64,000 bases of DNA from Candidatus Babeliales bacterium (GTDB lineage Bacteria > Babelota > Babeliae > Babelales > JABDEC01): assembly GCA_031292305.1 (NCBI GenBank), contig JARLHJ010000012.1:1-64000 (forward strand). The letters run 5' to 3'. This document shows positions 19,557-28,219 of this stretch, piece after piece. The stretch's first letter is position 1; every line of letters begins with the position of its first letter. Below the pieces are notes generated by a model that was given only the letters and a program-made list of their open reading frames with translations, was not told the DNA's origin and did not search any database. Made by a program: the position numbers and the translations under genes.

Positions 19557-19590
19557 TAATAAGAGCCAGGGTAAGCCTGGCTCTTATTTT
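19557..19590 (+). terminator. Rho-independent terminator (AAGAGCCAGG-gtaag-CCTGGCTCTT + T-run)
   Basis: Perfect stem followed by ATTTT. Confidence 0.6.
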
Positions 19591-19765
19591 GTGCTATTTT
19601 TTAAAAAAACACTATTATAGAGCAATTATTCTCAATCTGGCTGACACCTAGGACAAAAATAGATAAAATAGTTTCAAATTTGTTGCAATTAGAAAACAAT
19701 ATATGTTATCCTTGAATTAATAATGCTTTATTGTAAGGCATACTTAAATTAAAAAGGAGTACAAA

Positions 19766-20593
19766 ATGAAAAAATTTAAATTGGCTATGTTAGTCTCATT
19801 ATTGGCAGTTTCCGGTAATTTAATGACAGATGATACAGTTGCAACTTCTGATTCATCATCTGCAACTCCAGCTGCAAGTACTGATAGTTCATCAAGTTCA
19901 TCAACAACTACACCTGCAACAAGTTCTGATGTTGCAGTGGCTATTTCAACAACAACTACAAGTCCAGATGCGCCAGCGGCTACGCCTGTAGACACACCTG
20001 TAGTAGCTTCAGCTTCGGTAGTAGATAGTTCAGCTATAGCTACTCTAGATGCATCTACAACTCCAGAGACAATAGCACAAGACAATAAAGATTTACAAGC
20101 TTCTGGTGATGCAGTAAAAGCTTCAGAAACAGAAGCAGTTGCTACTGATGCAGAAGTATCAAAATCAGAAACAGATGTAAAAGATGCTAAAGTTGATCAA
20201 GCTCAAGCAACTACTCCAGATGAAAAAGTTGCAGCTACAACAGTAGTTGAATTAGCTAAGCAAGAATTAGATGCAACTAAAGAAGTTGCGAAATCTGTTA
20301 AAAACTTAACTTCAACAAAAAAAGATCTTAACACTAAAATTAAAACTTTAGTTAAGGCAAAAGTTGATTTAAAAGCAGCAGTTAATTCAAAAGAGAAAGA
20401 AAAAAAGGCTGCTGAAATTAAAAAAGCTCAACTAGCGTTAGATCAAATAAAAGCTTCAATTAAGCAAGCTCAAGTACAATATGATGCTCTTAAAGCTAAA
20501 TCAAAAGTAATTAAAAATAATCTAGTGGCTGCAAAAACTAAGTTTAAAGCACGTAAGAAAAATAATGTAGGCAGCAGACCAGTTAAGAAGTAA
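19766..20593 (+). CDS. Secreted low-complexity protein: Ser/Thr/Ala/Asp-rich N-terminal half, Lys/Ala-rich coiled-coil C-terminal half (275 aa)
   Basis: RBS AAAGGAG. Signal peptide MKKFKLAMLVSLLAVSGNLMT. Composition was read directly. The antisense ORF 19744..20085 is an artefact of the repeats. Confidence 0.5.
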   Translation: MKKFKLAMLVSLLAVSGNLMTDDTVATSDSSSATPAASTDSSSSSSTTTPATSSDVAVAISTTTTSPDAPAATPVDTPVVASASVVDSSAIATLDASTTPETIAQDNKDLQASGDAVKASETEAVATDAEVSKSETDVKDAKVDQAQATTPDEKVAATTVVELAKQELDATKEVAKSVKNLTSTKKDLNTKIKTLVKAKVDLKAAVNSKEKEKKAAEIKKAQLALDQIKASIKQAQVQYDALKAKSKVIKNNLVAAKTKFKARKKNNVGSRPVKK

Positions 20594-20633
20594 TTCGCAT
20601 AAAGCATAATATTATATATTTAATATTTACAAT

Positions 20634-20670
20634 AAAGAGCCAGGAAATACCTGGCTCTTTTTATTATTTT
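20634..20670 (+). terminator. Rho-independent terminator (AAAGAGCCAGG-aaata-CCTGGCTCTTT + T-run)
   Basis: Same stem sequence family as the terminator at 19557. Confidence 0.6.
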
Positions 20671-20707
20671 CTATAAAATATCCCAATATTAACACAGAAG
20701 GAATATC

Positions 20708-21328
20708 GTGCTTAAAACTAATGTTTTTATTTTAATTATCTTAATTACAATACCAAGTTGCTTTGCAAAGGATTCTAAAATGGAAGATGCGAAAAAACCA
20801 ATAATTCAAATTATATTAGGAAGTACAAGGCAGGGTAGAACTTCAGAGAAAGTATATAATGCATTAAAAGGCTTAATTGATAAAAGAACAGACGTAGTTT
20901 TAGAAAAGATAGATTTAAAAGATTTTAACTTACCATTCTTAGATGATGCTGTTTCTCCATCTAGTCGCAAAGAAATCACAGACCCTATAATTCAAAAATG
21001 GTCAGATAAAATAAAACAAGCAGATGCTTATATTATTCTAGTGCCTGAGTATAATTCTGGTTACCCGGGCGTTTTAAAAAATGCTTTAGATCTTTTATAT
21101 AAAGAATGGAACAATAAGCCGGTTGCATTTATTGGTTTTTCAGGCGGACCTGATGGTGCAGCAAATGCTATTGCGCAATTGCGACAAGTAGCGCGTGCAT
21201 TTAAAATGACACCTGTTGAGGCTGAAATTAAAATACCAACATCATGGAAAGCATTTGATGAACAGGGAAATTTGATTAATAATGTTGAAGCTGATTTTAA
21301 TAAGATTATTGACCAATTAAAGAGATAA
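20708..21328 (+). CDS. NADPH-dependent FMN reductase-family flavoprotein
   Basis: …IIQIILGSTRQGRTSEKV… and …LVPEYNSGYPGVLKNALDLL… fit the flavodoxin-like FMN-reductase fold. The track ORF starts at a GTG and carries a hydrophobic leader. The true start may be the internal ATG (MEDAKKP…). Confidence 0.6.
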   Translation: MLKTNVFILIILITIPSCFAKDSKMEDAKKPIIQIILGSTRQGRTSEKVYNALKGLIDKRTDVVLEKIDLKDFNLPFLDDAVSPSSRKEITDPIIQKWSDKIKQADAYIILVPEYNSGYPGVLKNALDLLYKEWNNKPVAFIGFSGGPDGAANAIAQLRQVARAFKMTPVEAEIKIPTSWKAFDEQGNLINNVEADFNKIIDQLKR

Positions 21329-21358
21329 ACTTAATTATCTCTTTAATTGTGGTGAAAT

Positions 21359-21745
21359 TTACATCTTGATTTTTTCAGCCCAGTCAACATCCTGAGTTTC
21401 TCTATGAAGTATCAATTTATTTATGAATTTCATAATCAAAAAAGCACTAAAAGAGATTAATAGAAAATCTATAACCGCTTGTAAAAAATGACCATAACTA
21501 ATTGCCACTTCAGGTGTAATTATATGGTTTTTGTGTTTCACCGCTTCTTTTAATATTATTTTAAGGTTTGGAAATGTTGCTCCGCCTAATAAAAAACCGA
21601 TAGGCGGAGTAACAATATCATTTACTAAAGATGAAACAACTTTGCCAAATGATACGCCCAGCACGATACCTACAGCCATATCAACAGCACTTGTTTTTAG
21701 TGCGAAGTGTTTAAATTCACTCATTAGCTCATTAATTTTGGACAT
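21359..21745 (-). CDS. mscL: Large-conductance mechanosensitive channel MscL
   Basis: MSKINELMSEFKHFALKTSAVDMAVGIVLGVSFGKVVSSLVNDIVTPPIG… is the hallmark MscL N-terminus and TM1. Length 128 aa. Confidence 0.9.
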   Translation of the reverse strand: MSKINELMSEFKHFALKTSAVDMAVGIVLGVSFGKVVSSLVNDIVTPPIGFLLGGATFPNLKIILKEAVKHKNHIITPEVAISYGHFLQAVIDFLLISFSAFLIMKFINKLILHRETQDVDWAEKIKM

Positions 21746-21886
21746 ATTAACCCTTTTTTTAGGTAAAAAATAAATTTAAAACAACTTATTAGCTAGTATA
21801 ATAAGCTCTTTTAAATAATAAAAGTACAAATATATATATTTACTGTATGCTTATAATATAATAAATAGAAACATTCATAGGAATAT

Positions 21887-23131
21887 ATGTCATATAATGA
21901 TCCCAGAAACAAAACAGATAAAAAAAGTGGATACAAGCCTAAATCTAATGATGCTAGATCATCAGGTAGACCATCAAGAGGAAATTCAGGTTCACGACCT
22001 GGCAATTCTGGTAGATCAGCACGACCTATTCAAACATTTGACCCATCAGCAGTTATTAAAAAAGTAGAAGAACAAGTAATAGCGCCAGTTTATGTACCTA
22101 AACATAAATTTGCAGACTTTGCTATAGAAGAACAACTTAAAAAAAATATTATAGATCGTGGTTATATTAACCCTACCCCTATTCAAGATGAAGCAATTCC
22201 TCTTTTGTTAGAAGGTAATGATATAATTGCTACTGCCAACACTGGTACAGGTAAAACAGCAGCATTCTTGATTCCTTTAGTTAATAATCTATTAACTAAA
22301 AAGATCTACAAAGTGCTTATTATTACCCCTACAAGAGAATTAGCAGCACAAATTCAAGATGAATTATCGATGTTTATGAATAAAACAGGCTTTAATTCAG
22401 TATTATGCATTGGTGGTTTAAGCTTAGGTCCCCAAATTCAGCAGTTAAAGCGAAATCCTGAATTTATAATAGGTACACCAGGTAGATTAAAAGATTTAGA
22501 AGAACAAAGATTTCTTAACTTTAACAGTTTTGATGCCATAGTATTAGATGAAGTAGATACAATGCTTGATATGGGCTTTATTAGAGATATTAAATATATT
22601 ATTTCTAAATTGCCTTCAAAGCGCCATTCATTATTCTTCTCTGCTACAATTGATGCTAGTTTAAAAGAAGTTATGAACAGCTTTTTACGCAAGCCTATTT
22701 CTGTAAGTGTAAAAACAAGGCAAACTGCTGAAAATGTTAACCAAGAGATAATAAAAGTTGGTGACAAAAATAAGTTGGAAATGTTACATGACCTGTTAAT
22801 TAAACCAGAATTTAAAAAAGTAATTATATTTTCGCGTACTAAACGCGCTACTGACAGATTATCTAAAGTTTTAAAAGAACGTGGTTTTGAAGTTGCTTCA
22901 ATTCATGGTGATAAAACTCAGGCGCAAAGAAAAAAAGCTTTAGCATTCTTTAAAGATGATAAAGTAAAAATTCTTTTAGCGACCGACGTTGTGGCCCGTG
23001 GTATTGATATTGACGATGTTTCACATGTTATCAACTTTGATTTACCTGCGACACATGAAGATTATATACACAGAATTGGTAGAACTGGCCGTGCTAATAA
23101 AATCGGACAGGCTATTACTTTTATTGATTAA
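21887..23131 (+). CDS. DEAD-box ATP-dependent RNA helicase with N-terminal Arg/Ser/Gly-rich extension
   Basis: Motifs seen: Q-motif region, TGTGKTAAF (Walker A), DEVD (DEAD variant), SAT, and HRIGRTGR (motif VI). Confidence 0.9.
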   Translation: MSYNDPRNKTDKKSGYKPKSNDARSSGRPSRGNSGSRPGNSGRSARPIQTFDPSAVIKKVEEQVIAPVYVPKHKFADFAIEEQLKKNIIDRGYINPTPIQDEAIPLLLEGNDIIATANTGTGKTAAFLIPLVNNLLTKKIYKVLIITPTRELAAQIQDELSMFMNKTGFNSVLCIGGLSLGPQIQQLKRNPEFIIGTPGRLKDLEEQRFLNFNSFDAIVLDEVDTMLDMGFIRDIKYIISKLPSKRHSLFFSATIDASLKEVMNSFLRKPISVSVKTRQTAENVNQEIIKVGDKNKLEMLHDLLIKPEFKKVIIFSRTKRATDRLSKVLKERGFEVASIHGDKTQAQRKKALAFFKDDKVKILLATDVVARGIDIDDVSHVINFDLPATHEDYIHRIGRTGRANKIGQAITFID

Positions 23132-23146
23132 TAATTAAGATATTAA

Positions 23147-23185
23147 AAAAACGAGCTAATCCATCAAAGATTAGCTCGTTTTTTA
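23147..23185. terminator. Bidirectional rho-independent terminator (ACGAGCTAATC-catcaaa-GATTAGCTCGT, flanked by A- and T-runs)
   Basis: Sits between the convergent DEAD-box gene and the Cys-rich gene. Confidence 0.65.
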
Positions 23186-23187
23186 AT

Positions 23188-24099
23188 TTATAATTCGATA
23201 AGTTCATTAGCTTCTTCAAAACCAGGATTAATAGGTTCTACTATAGCAGGTCCATGCTCTACAGATGGATTGTAACCAGCCACACATTGATTATTTGTGC
23301 AAGCATAATTTGGACAACCTACCATTCCCGCAGGACACAATTTTTCTTTGCAATCCGCATCAGTTTTACATTGTGATGTTGACGCGTTTTAAGTTCTTTC
23401 CCAAGGTCTATTGCAAGTCCCTAAGTGTCCATTATTAGGTTTAGTTAAATCGCAACTATAACCACCATCAGTTACACAATTAGCGTCTGAATCACATGCA
23501 TCATTTGCAAACCTAACTGCAGGCATTCCACCTACAATGATTGGTTTAGGAGTTGCAAGTTTTTTGGGTTGAGCAACCTGTTTTTTTACAACCGCTTTTG
23601 CAGCTATAGGTTTATTATCAAGTTCTTCTAAAACAAATGAATTATCATGTGTTTGTATTATAGCATATGTTCCATGTAAATTAATTGAATGCGGAAGTTT
23701 TACTGTAGAGATCTCAGGTGATGAATCTTGTATTGGAGACATTGCAAGTTTGGTAATTTCTTCTTCTTTATTTACGTATTTTTTCATTATAATTTTAGAA
23801 ATTGATTTGGGGTGGTTGCAAGTAAATGCACCGCGCGCCACTTGAGCTACACGTTTTCTCATTACCAAGCCTGCATAACTAATTGGAAATTTAAATGTGT
23901 TTTTATCTGCTATATCATGCGCTTGGACAATATATTTGCCACTATGTTGAGCGTTTGATTCATCTGTACAAGTAAAATCGACCTGTGCTTTATCGTTTGT
24001 CATATTTATAATTTTAAAGTTTGAAACAGCTTCACTTGCTCTTAAAGCTGAACATATTAGACTTACAATAATTATTAATATAGTTTTGTTCTTTATCAT
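23188..24099 (-). pseudogene. Cys-rich secreted protein gene with an in-frame TAA (pseudogene, recoding or sequence error); full frame about 303 codons
   Basis: After the TAA the same frame continues …NASTSQCKTDADCKEKLCPAGMVGCPNYACTNNQCVAGYNPSVEHGPAIVEPINPGFEEANELIEL* to 23188. This extends the Cys-rich pattern begun before the stop (…CDSDANCVTDGGYSCDLTKPNNGHLGTCNRPWERT*). Confidence 0.45.
23389..24099 (-). CDS. Secreted Cys-containing hypothetical protein (236 aa), probably interrupted; see pseudogene feature
   Basis: Signal peptide. The ORF ends at TAA (23389-23391), but the same frame stays open for a further 66 codons. Confidence 0.5.
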   Translation of the reverse strand: MIKNKTILIIIVSLICSALRASEAVSNFKIINMTNDKAQVDFTCTDESNAQHSGKYIVQAHDIADKNTFKFPISYAGLVMRKRVAQVARGAFTCNHPKSISKIIMKKYVNKEEEITKLAMSPIQDSSPEISTVKLPHSINLHGTYAIIQTHDNSFVLEELDNKPIAAKAVVKKQVAQPKKLATPKPIIVGGMPAVRFANDACDSDANCVTDGGYSCDLTKPNNGHLGTCNRPWERT

Positions 24100-24205
24100 A
24101 TTTCCCCCATTTTGTTATTCAATCGAAATAATTGTATAATTATGTTAGCATTTTGAGGTTCTAGAAAGCAATAGTTGCTGTTTTCCAGGTTTAAATCTTT
24201 AACCA

Positions 24206-24233
24206 TTGACTCAGAATGTTTCAATTTGATAAT
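24206..24233 (+). promoter_or_regulatory. Putative sigma70 promoter of dps (TTGACT-16 bp-GATAAT)
   Basis: Hexamers read directly about 50 nt upstream of the dps start. An A/T-rich partial palindrome downstream (AATAATGTTTATTAG) could be a Fur/PerR-type operator. Confidence 0.4.
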
Positions 24234-24281
24234 TTATATATTAATAATGTTTATTAGATACAATTTCTTAAAGGAGAAAAT

Positions 24282-24770
24282 ATGAAAAGTTTAATGCATC
24301 ACTCAAAAATAAGTTTACCTGAAAAAGACAGAATTGAGCTTATAAATATTTTAAATAAATCATTAGCTTCAACAGCTGATTTATACGCGCAATTAAAGCA
24401 GGCTCATTGGAATGTAAAAGGAAGAGAATTTATTGAATTACATAAGTTATTTGATGAAATTGCAGAATTAGTAGAAGAGCAAGTAGATATTATAGCAGAA
24501 CGTATCACTAGTTTAGGTGGTACTGCTTTAGGTACAATTCAACAAGCTACAACTAATACAGAGCTAAGATTATATCCAGTTGATATTTTTAAAGCAGAAG
24601 ACCACATAGAACATTTAACGCATAATATTGCAATTTTAGGCGAGCTTACTCGTACTAATATTAAACGTTCTGAAGATTTAGGCGATATGGGTACTAACGA
24701 TTTATATATAGATCTAGTAAGATTGTTAGACAAGAGCTTATGGTTTATTGAGGCTCATGTTCAAAAGTAA
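24282..24770 (+). CDS. dps: Dps (DNA-binding ferritin-like protein)
   Basis: 162 aa. …LYAQLKQAHWNVKGREFIELHKLFDEIAELVEEQVDIIAERITSLGG… is the ferritin-like di-iron fold signature of Dps. RBS AAAGGAGAA. Confidence 0.9.
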   Translation: MKSLMHHSKISLPEKDRIELINILNKSLASTADLYAQLKQAHWNVKGREFIELHKLFDEIAELVEEQVDIIAERITSLGGTALGTIQQATTNTELRLYPVDIFKAEDHIEHLTHNIAILGELTRTNIKRSEDLGDMGTNDLYIDLVRLLDKSLWFIEAHVQK

Positions 24771-24793
24771 TTGAAATTAAGATTATTTAAATT

Positions 24794-24825
24794 AAACCCC
24801 AAAGGAAACTTTGGGGTTTTTTCTT
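24794..24825 (+). terminator. Rho-independent terminator (AAACCCCAAAG-gaaa-CTTTGGGGTTT + T-run)
   Basis: Perfect stem followed by TTTTTC. Confidence 0.7.
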
Positions 24826-24936
24826 TGGATAGCGTAATATTTACTTCCAGTTGCAGGAAATTGCTTATTTGATAATATAATAATTGCGTATGTCTAACTT
24901 GGTGAAACACAAAATCTAAATGCGTTAAGGTAAATA

Positions 24937-25395
24937 ATGAAAAAATTAATGAGTTTTATGCTTATTCTTTTAGTAAGCACAACATTGGTAAATGCAGAAT
25001 TGAACAAGGTTACTAAAGCAGTAGCAACCTTAGTTCCATTAAACGTGGCAACTACTTTTCTAGGTTATAAATGTATTCAATGGGGAAATGCAAATAAATA
25101 TTTAGCAGAAGATGTTAAACAAAATCCTCAAAATAATCTGGATTATATAAGAGATTTTTGTGCTAATTATAAAGAAATTATAAGTACTGGCAAGCACGTA
25201 ATTACAAAACACGATTCAGCTTTATATTTAAAGTTTATTGATGTTAAAAACAAACCTGATGATTTAAAAGAGTTTGGTTACTATATAAGCACTTTGATGA
25301 AAGAAAAATCAAATAATTTAGTTGCAGTTGGCGTGATTCTTCCTTTGTTAGTTTTAGCTAGCTCATCTGTTTATGTTTATAATTTAAGCAAATAA
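24937..25395 (+). CDS. Hypothetical secreted protein (152 aa)
   Basis: Signal peptide MKKLMSFMLILLVSTTLVNA. Terminator at 25419..25460 (TAGACCCAGATT…AATCTGGGTCTA + T-run). Confidence 0.4.
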   Translation: MKKLMSFMLILLVSTTLVNAELNKVTKAVATLVPLNVATTFLGYKCIQWGNANKYLAEDVKQNPQNNLDYIRDFCANYKEIISTGKHVITKHDSALYLKFIDVKNKPDDLKEFGYYISTLMKEKSNNLVAVGVILPLLVLASSSVYVYNLSK

Positions 25396-25550
25396 GTTAC
25401 CTCTTTTTCAGAATTTAATAGACCCAGATTTGTTTTTTCAAATCTGGGTCTATATTTTTTAAATAAATTATTAAACCCAAAAGCATATCTATTGCTTATC
25501 CCTCATTTATTTTGATACTATTAGTATTAAATAATTAAGAAGGGTTTAAA

Positions 25551-25898
25551 ATGAATTCTACTACGCCAAGGCTACGAAGAACAGGAAAATTAATAATTTT
25601 AATTTTCGCATTAATTGCGTTTAATACAAATATTGAAGCTAATAGAGGCTATGCAAGCGGTAATTTCAACCGTGGATATAGTAATAGAAATAATAGAAAT
25701 CAGCGTTGGTCAAATAACCCTTACGGATGGGGAAATAGAAACCGTTGGAACTCAAACTATTGGAACAATAATTATAGACCATATCCTATTTTTAATACAT
25801 GGCCATATGATGAATATTCTTATGTCTATGATGATTATTATGATGATTGTTATTACTACCCACAAAGCTGTCAGTTTGGCTTCTTTTGGGGGTATTGA
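25551..25898 (+). CDS. Small secreted Asn/Arg/Trp/Tyr-rich low-complexity protein (115 aa)
   Basis: Signal peptide, then NRGY/NRN/WN repeats (…NRGYSNRNNRNQRWSNNPYGWGNRNRWNSNYWNNNYRPY…) and a YDDYYDDCYYY tail. Confidence 0.45.
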   Translation: MNSTTPRLRRTGKLIILIFALIAFNTNIEANRGYASGNFNRGYSNRNNRNQRWSNNPYGWGNRNRWNSNYWNNNYRPYPIFNTWPYDEYSYVYDDYYDDCYYYPQSCQFGFFWGY

Positions 25899-25902
25899 TT
25901 AG

Positions 25903-26481
25903 ATGGATATTGATTTAATAATAAAAGTTTCATTAACAATATTTGTTATTATATTGTTTCCTGTATATAAAAAAAATTATGGCTTAAGAAATTTTTTATG
26001 GTTATCTGATATTGGATTATTTCTAACGTTGTTTGCTTTATGGTTTAAATCGCCATTATTAATAAGTATTGCAGTCGTTGGAATTTTGCCCTTAGAGATA
26101 ATATGGAACATAGATTTTTTTGTTAAATTACTTAGTAGTTACAGCATTTGTGGGTTATCCAACTACATGTTTGATAGTAAATATAGCTATGCATTAAGAA
26201 GTTTGTCATTGTTTCATGTCTTTATGCCTCTAATTTGGGTTTATTATCTAAGTAAATGGGGTTATGATATTGGTGCATTTCAATATTGGCTCTTTCTCTT
26301 TTGGATTATACTTACCGTATGTTATTTATTTACAAGCCCAAAAGAGAATATTAATTGGGTTTTTATGCCTGCAAAGTCTAATTGGGATAAAATATCACCT
26401 TTGCAATGGCTACTTATTCTTATGGTTGTGATACCAGTTTTCATATCTTTACCAATGCATTTTATCCTAAAACACCTGTAA
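25903..26481 (+). CDS. Hypothetical polytopic membrane protein (192 aa)
   Basis: About six hydrophobic helices. The start lies 5 nt after the previous stop. Confidence 0.45.
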   Translation: MDIDLIIKVSLTIFVIILFPVYKKNYGLRNFLWLSDIGLFLTLFALWFKSPLLISIAVVGILPLEIIWNIDFFVKLLSSYSICGLSNYMFDSKYSYALRSLSLFHVFMPLIWVYYLSKWGYDIGAFQYWLFLFWIILTVCYLFTSPKENINWVFMPAKSNWDKISPLQWLLILMVVIPVFISLPMHFILKHL

Positions 26482-26619
26482 ATTCATTGCTTGCTGAAAC
26501 CTTTAGGGGTATTTATGCCTTAAATAAGGCAAATTCATTTATTGGAAACTATTGCAATTAGAAACTTTCTTGATTTATACTATTAATAAAGTGAAGTTTA
26601 TTCAAAAAAGGAGGCTCAA

Positions 26620-27681
26620 ATGAAAAAGTTTTTAATATTAATGCTAGTTTTAGCATTAGGTTCAACAGTTAATTTAGATTTAATTGCTAGAGGCGGCGGT
26701 GGCGGTGGTCATGGCGGCGGTGGTCGCGGTGGCGGTGGTATGCGTGGAGGCGGTGGTATGCGTGGTGGCGGTATGCGCGGTGGCGCTAGAGGAGGTGCAC
26801 GTGGCGGCGCAGCTCGTGGTAGAGGTGCTGCAGGTCGTGGAGCTGCAAATCGTGGTGGAGCAAATCGTACAAGAAATGCTAATGCTAACCATAATAGAAA
26901 TGCGAATGCCAATCGTAACAGAAACGCAAATAGAAATCGTAATGGCAACAGAAACAGAAATGGTAATAGAAATAGAAATGGCAATAGAGGTCGTGGTGGT
27001 CGTGGCAACTGGAATCATGGTGGCAATTGGAACCGTGGCGGAAACTGGGGCGGCTGGGGTTATGGCGGCTTAGGCTTAGGATTAGGCTTATTAGGCGGTG
27101 GTCTATTAGGTTACGGTCTATTAGGCGGTTTTGGTCCATACGGTGGCTACGGTTATGGTGGCGATTCAACAACATATGTTGAAGGCGATACTACTTATGT
27201 AGATAGTGGCTATGTAGATAGTGACTATGTTGATAATGGATATTCAGACAATAGTAATAATTATACAATTGTTTCTGATGATAATTCGGGCTCTGCAAAT
27301 GGTGCTTCTGCTGAAAATTCAGAAATGGAAGCAGCAAAGCAAAAAATATTAGCAGATCCAATTAAAAGAGAATTTACTCAAACCTTAGATAATCTAAGTA
27401 AAGAAAATCCAGCAGCTTATGATGCATTCCAAAATAAGCTTAAAGATGATTCTGCATTTAGAGATAAGCTTGAAAGACAGCTAAAAACAAATAAGGGAAT
27501 TAAGAAAGTTACTGCAAGCTTAAAGCGTGCAGATTACCAAGAGTCATTAATAAATGCAGGTAAAGCAGATTCAATATTAAACTCGGGTATTTTAGATGAT
27601 TCTGAAAATATTCAAGCAGTTAAGTTTCCATCAAATGAAGAAACTGTAATAATTGTGCCTCAAGGTACAGTAGCTGGTTAA
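26620..27681 (+). CDS. Secreted Gly/Arg (RGG-type) and Asn/Arg-repeat low-complexity protein (353 aa)
   Basis: RBS AAAGGAGG. Signal peptide. Then GGGGRGGGGMRGGGGMRGG…, (NRNRNG)n repeats, GNWNHGGNWNRGGNW, GYG repeats, and a C-terminal roughly 130-aa non-repetitive region. The ORFs listed on the other frames and strand here are repeat artefacts. Confidence 0.55.
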   Translation: MKKFLILMLVLALGSTVNLDLIARGGGGGGHGGGGRGGGGMRGGGGMRGGGMRGGARGGARGGAARGRGAAGRGAANRGGANRTRNANANHNRNANANRNRNANRNRNGNRNRNGNRNRNGNRGRGGRGNWNHGGNWNRGGNWGGWGYGGLGLGLGLLGGGLLGYGLLGGFGPYGGYGYGGDSTTYVEGDTTYVDSGYVDSDYVDNGYSDNSNNYTIVSDDNSGSANGASAENSEMEAAKQKILADPIKREFTQTLDNLSKENPAAYDAFQNKLKDDSAFRDKLERQLKTNKGIKKVTASLKRADYQESLINAGKADSILNSGILDDSENIQAVKFPSNEETVIIVPQGTVAG

Positions 27682-27763
27682 ATAAAAATTAGTTCTCCTG
27701 GTGTATAAACCAGGAGAACTAAAGTAAATGTGTATAACTGTATATTTTAAAAAGGAGAATGAA

Positions 27764-27973
27764 ATGGAAAATATAAAAATAGTTGATAACATTGTTTTAT
27801 TATTGTTAATTATTGGTGCATTAAACTGGGGTCTAGTTGCTTTCTTAGATTTCAACTTAGTAGCTCGCTTATTAGGTGAAGGTACTGTATTTGCTCGTGT
27901 TGCATATGCATTAGTTGCTGCAGCAGGAGTTTACGCAGCTACTTGGTTTGTAAGAGATCAAGTTTCACAATAA
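27764..27973 (+). CDS. DUF378-family small membrane protein
   Basis: MENIKIVDNIVLLLLIIGALNWGLVAFLDFNLVARLLG… matches the DUF378 GALNWGL signature. RBS AAAGGAGAA 7 nt upstream of this ATG. The track ORF starts earlier at 27728. Terminator at 27995..28029. Confidence 0.7.
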   Translation: MENIKIVDNIVLLLLIIGALNWGLVAFLDFNLVARLLGEGTVFARVAYALVAAAGVYAATWFVRDQVSQ

Positions 27974-28219
27974 TTAGAACATTTTAGATTATTAAGCTCC
28001 ATGCAATAATACATGGAGCTTTTTTTTTGCTTAGGAATCTATTTAATTTGTTTTGATTATATTGGATGTTCGAAGTGCTGTTAAATTGTTCGGGAATAAA
28101 TATATAAAGTTATTAATGTCACGCAAAATTGATATTAATTAAAATTATATTTTTATATTTAGATTTCTATGTTATTAAATTTATATAATTATTGATCTTT
28201 TTATAATGAGAAGGGTTTT

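Noticed and set aside
23386-23391. In-frame TAA as evidence of an alternative genetic code
   Set aside because: Conserved genes such as leuS, recD2 and the DEAD-box helicase terminate normally, and TAA is used as the stop throughout. This single event is better explained by a mutation or a sequencing error.
26680-27175. Four overlapping ORFs on other frames and the opposite strand inside the RGG-protein gene
   Set aside because: They are by-products of GC-rich trinucleotide repeats (GGT/GGC/CGT). Only the frame with RBS, signal peptide and a normal C-terminal domain is credible.
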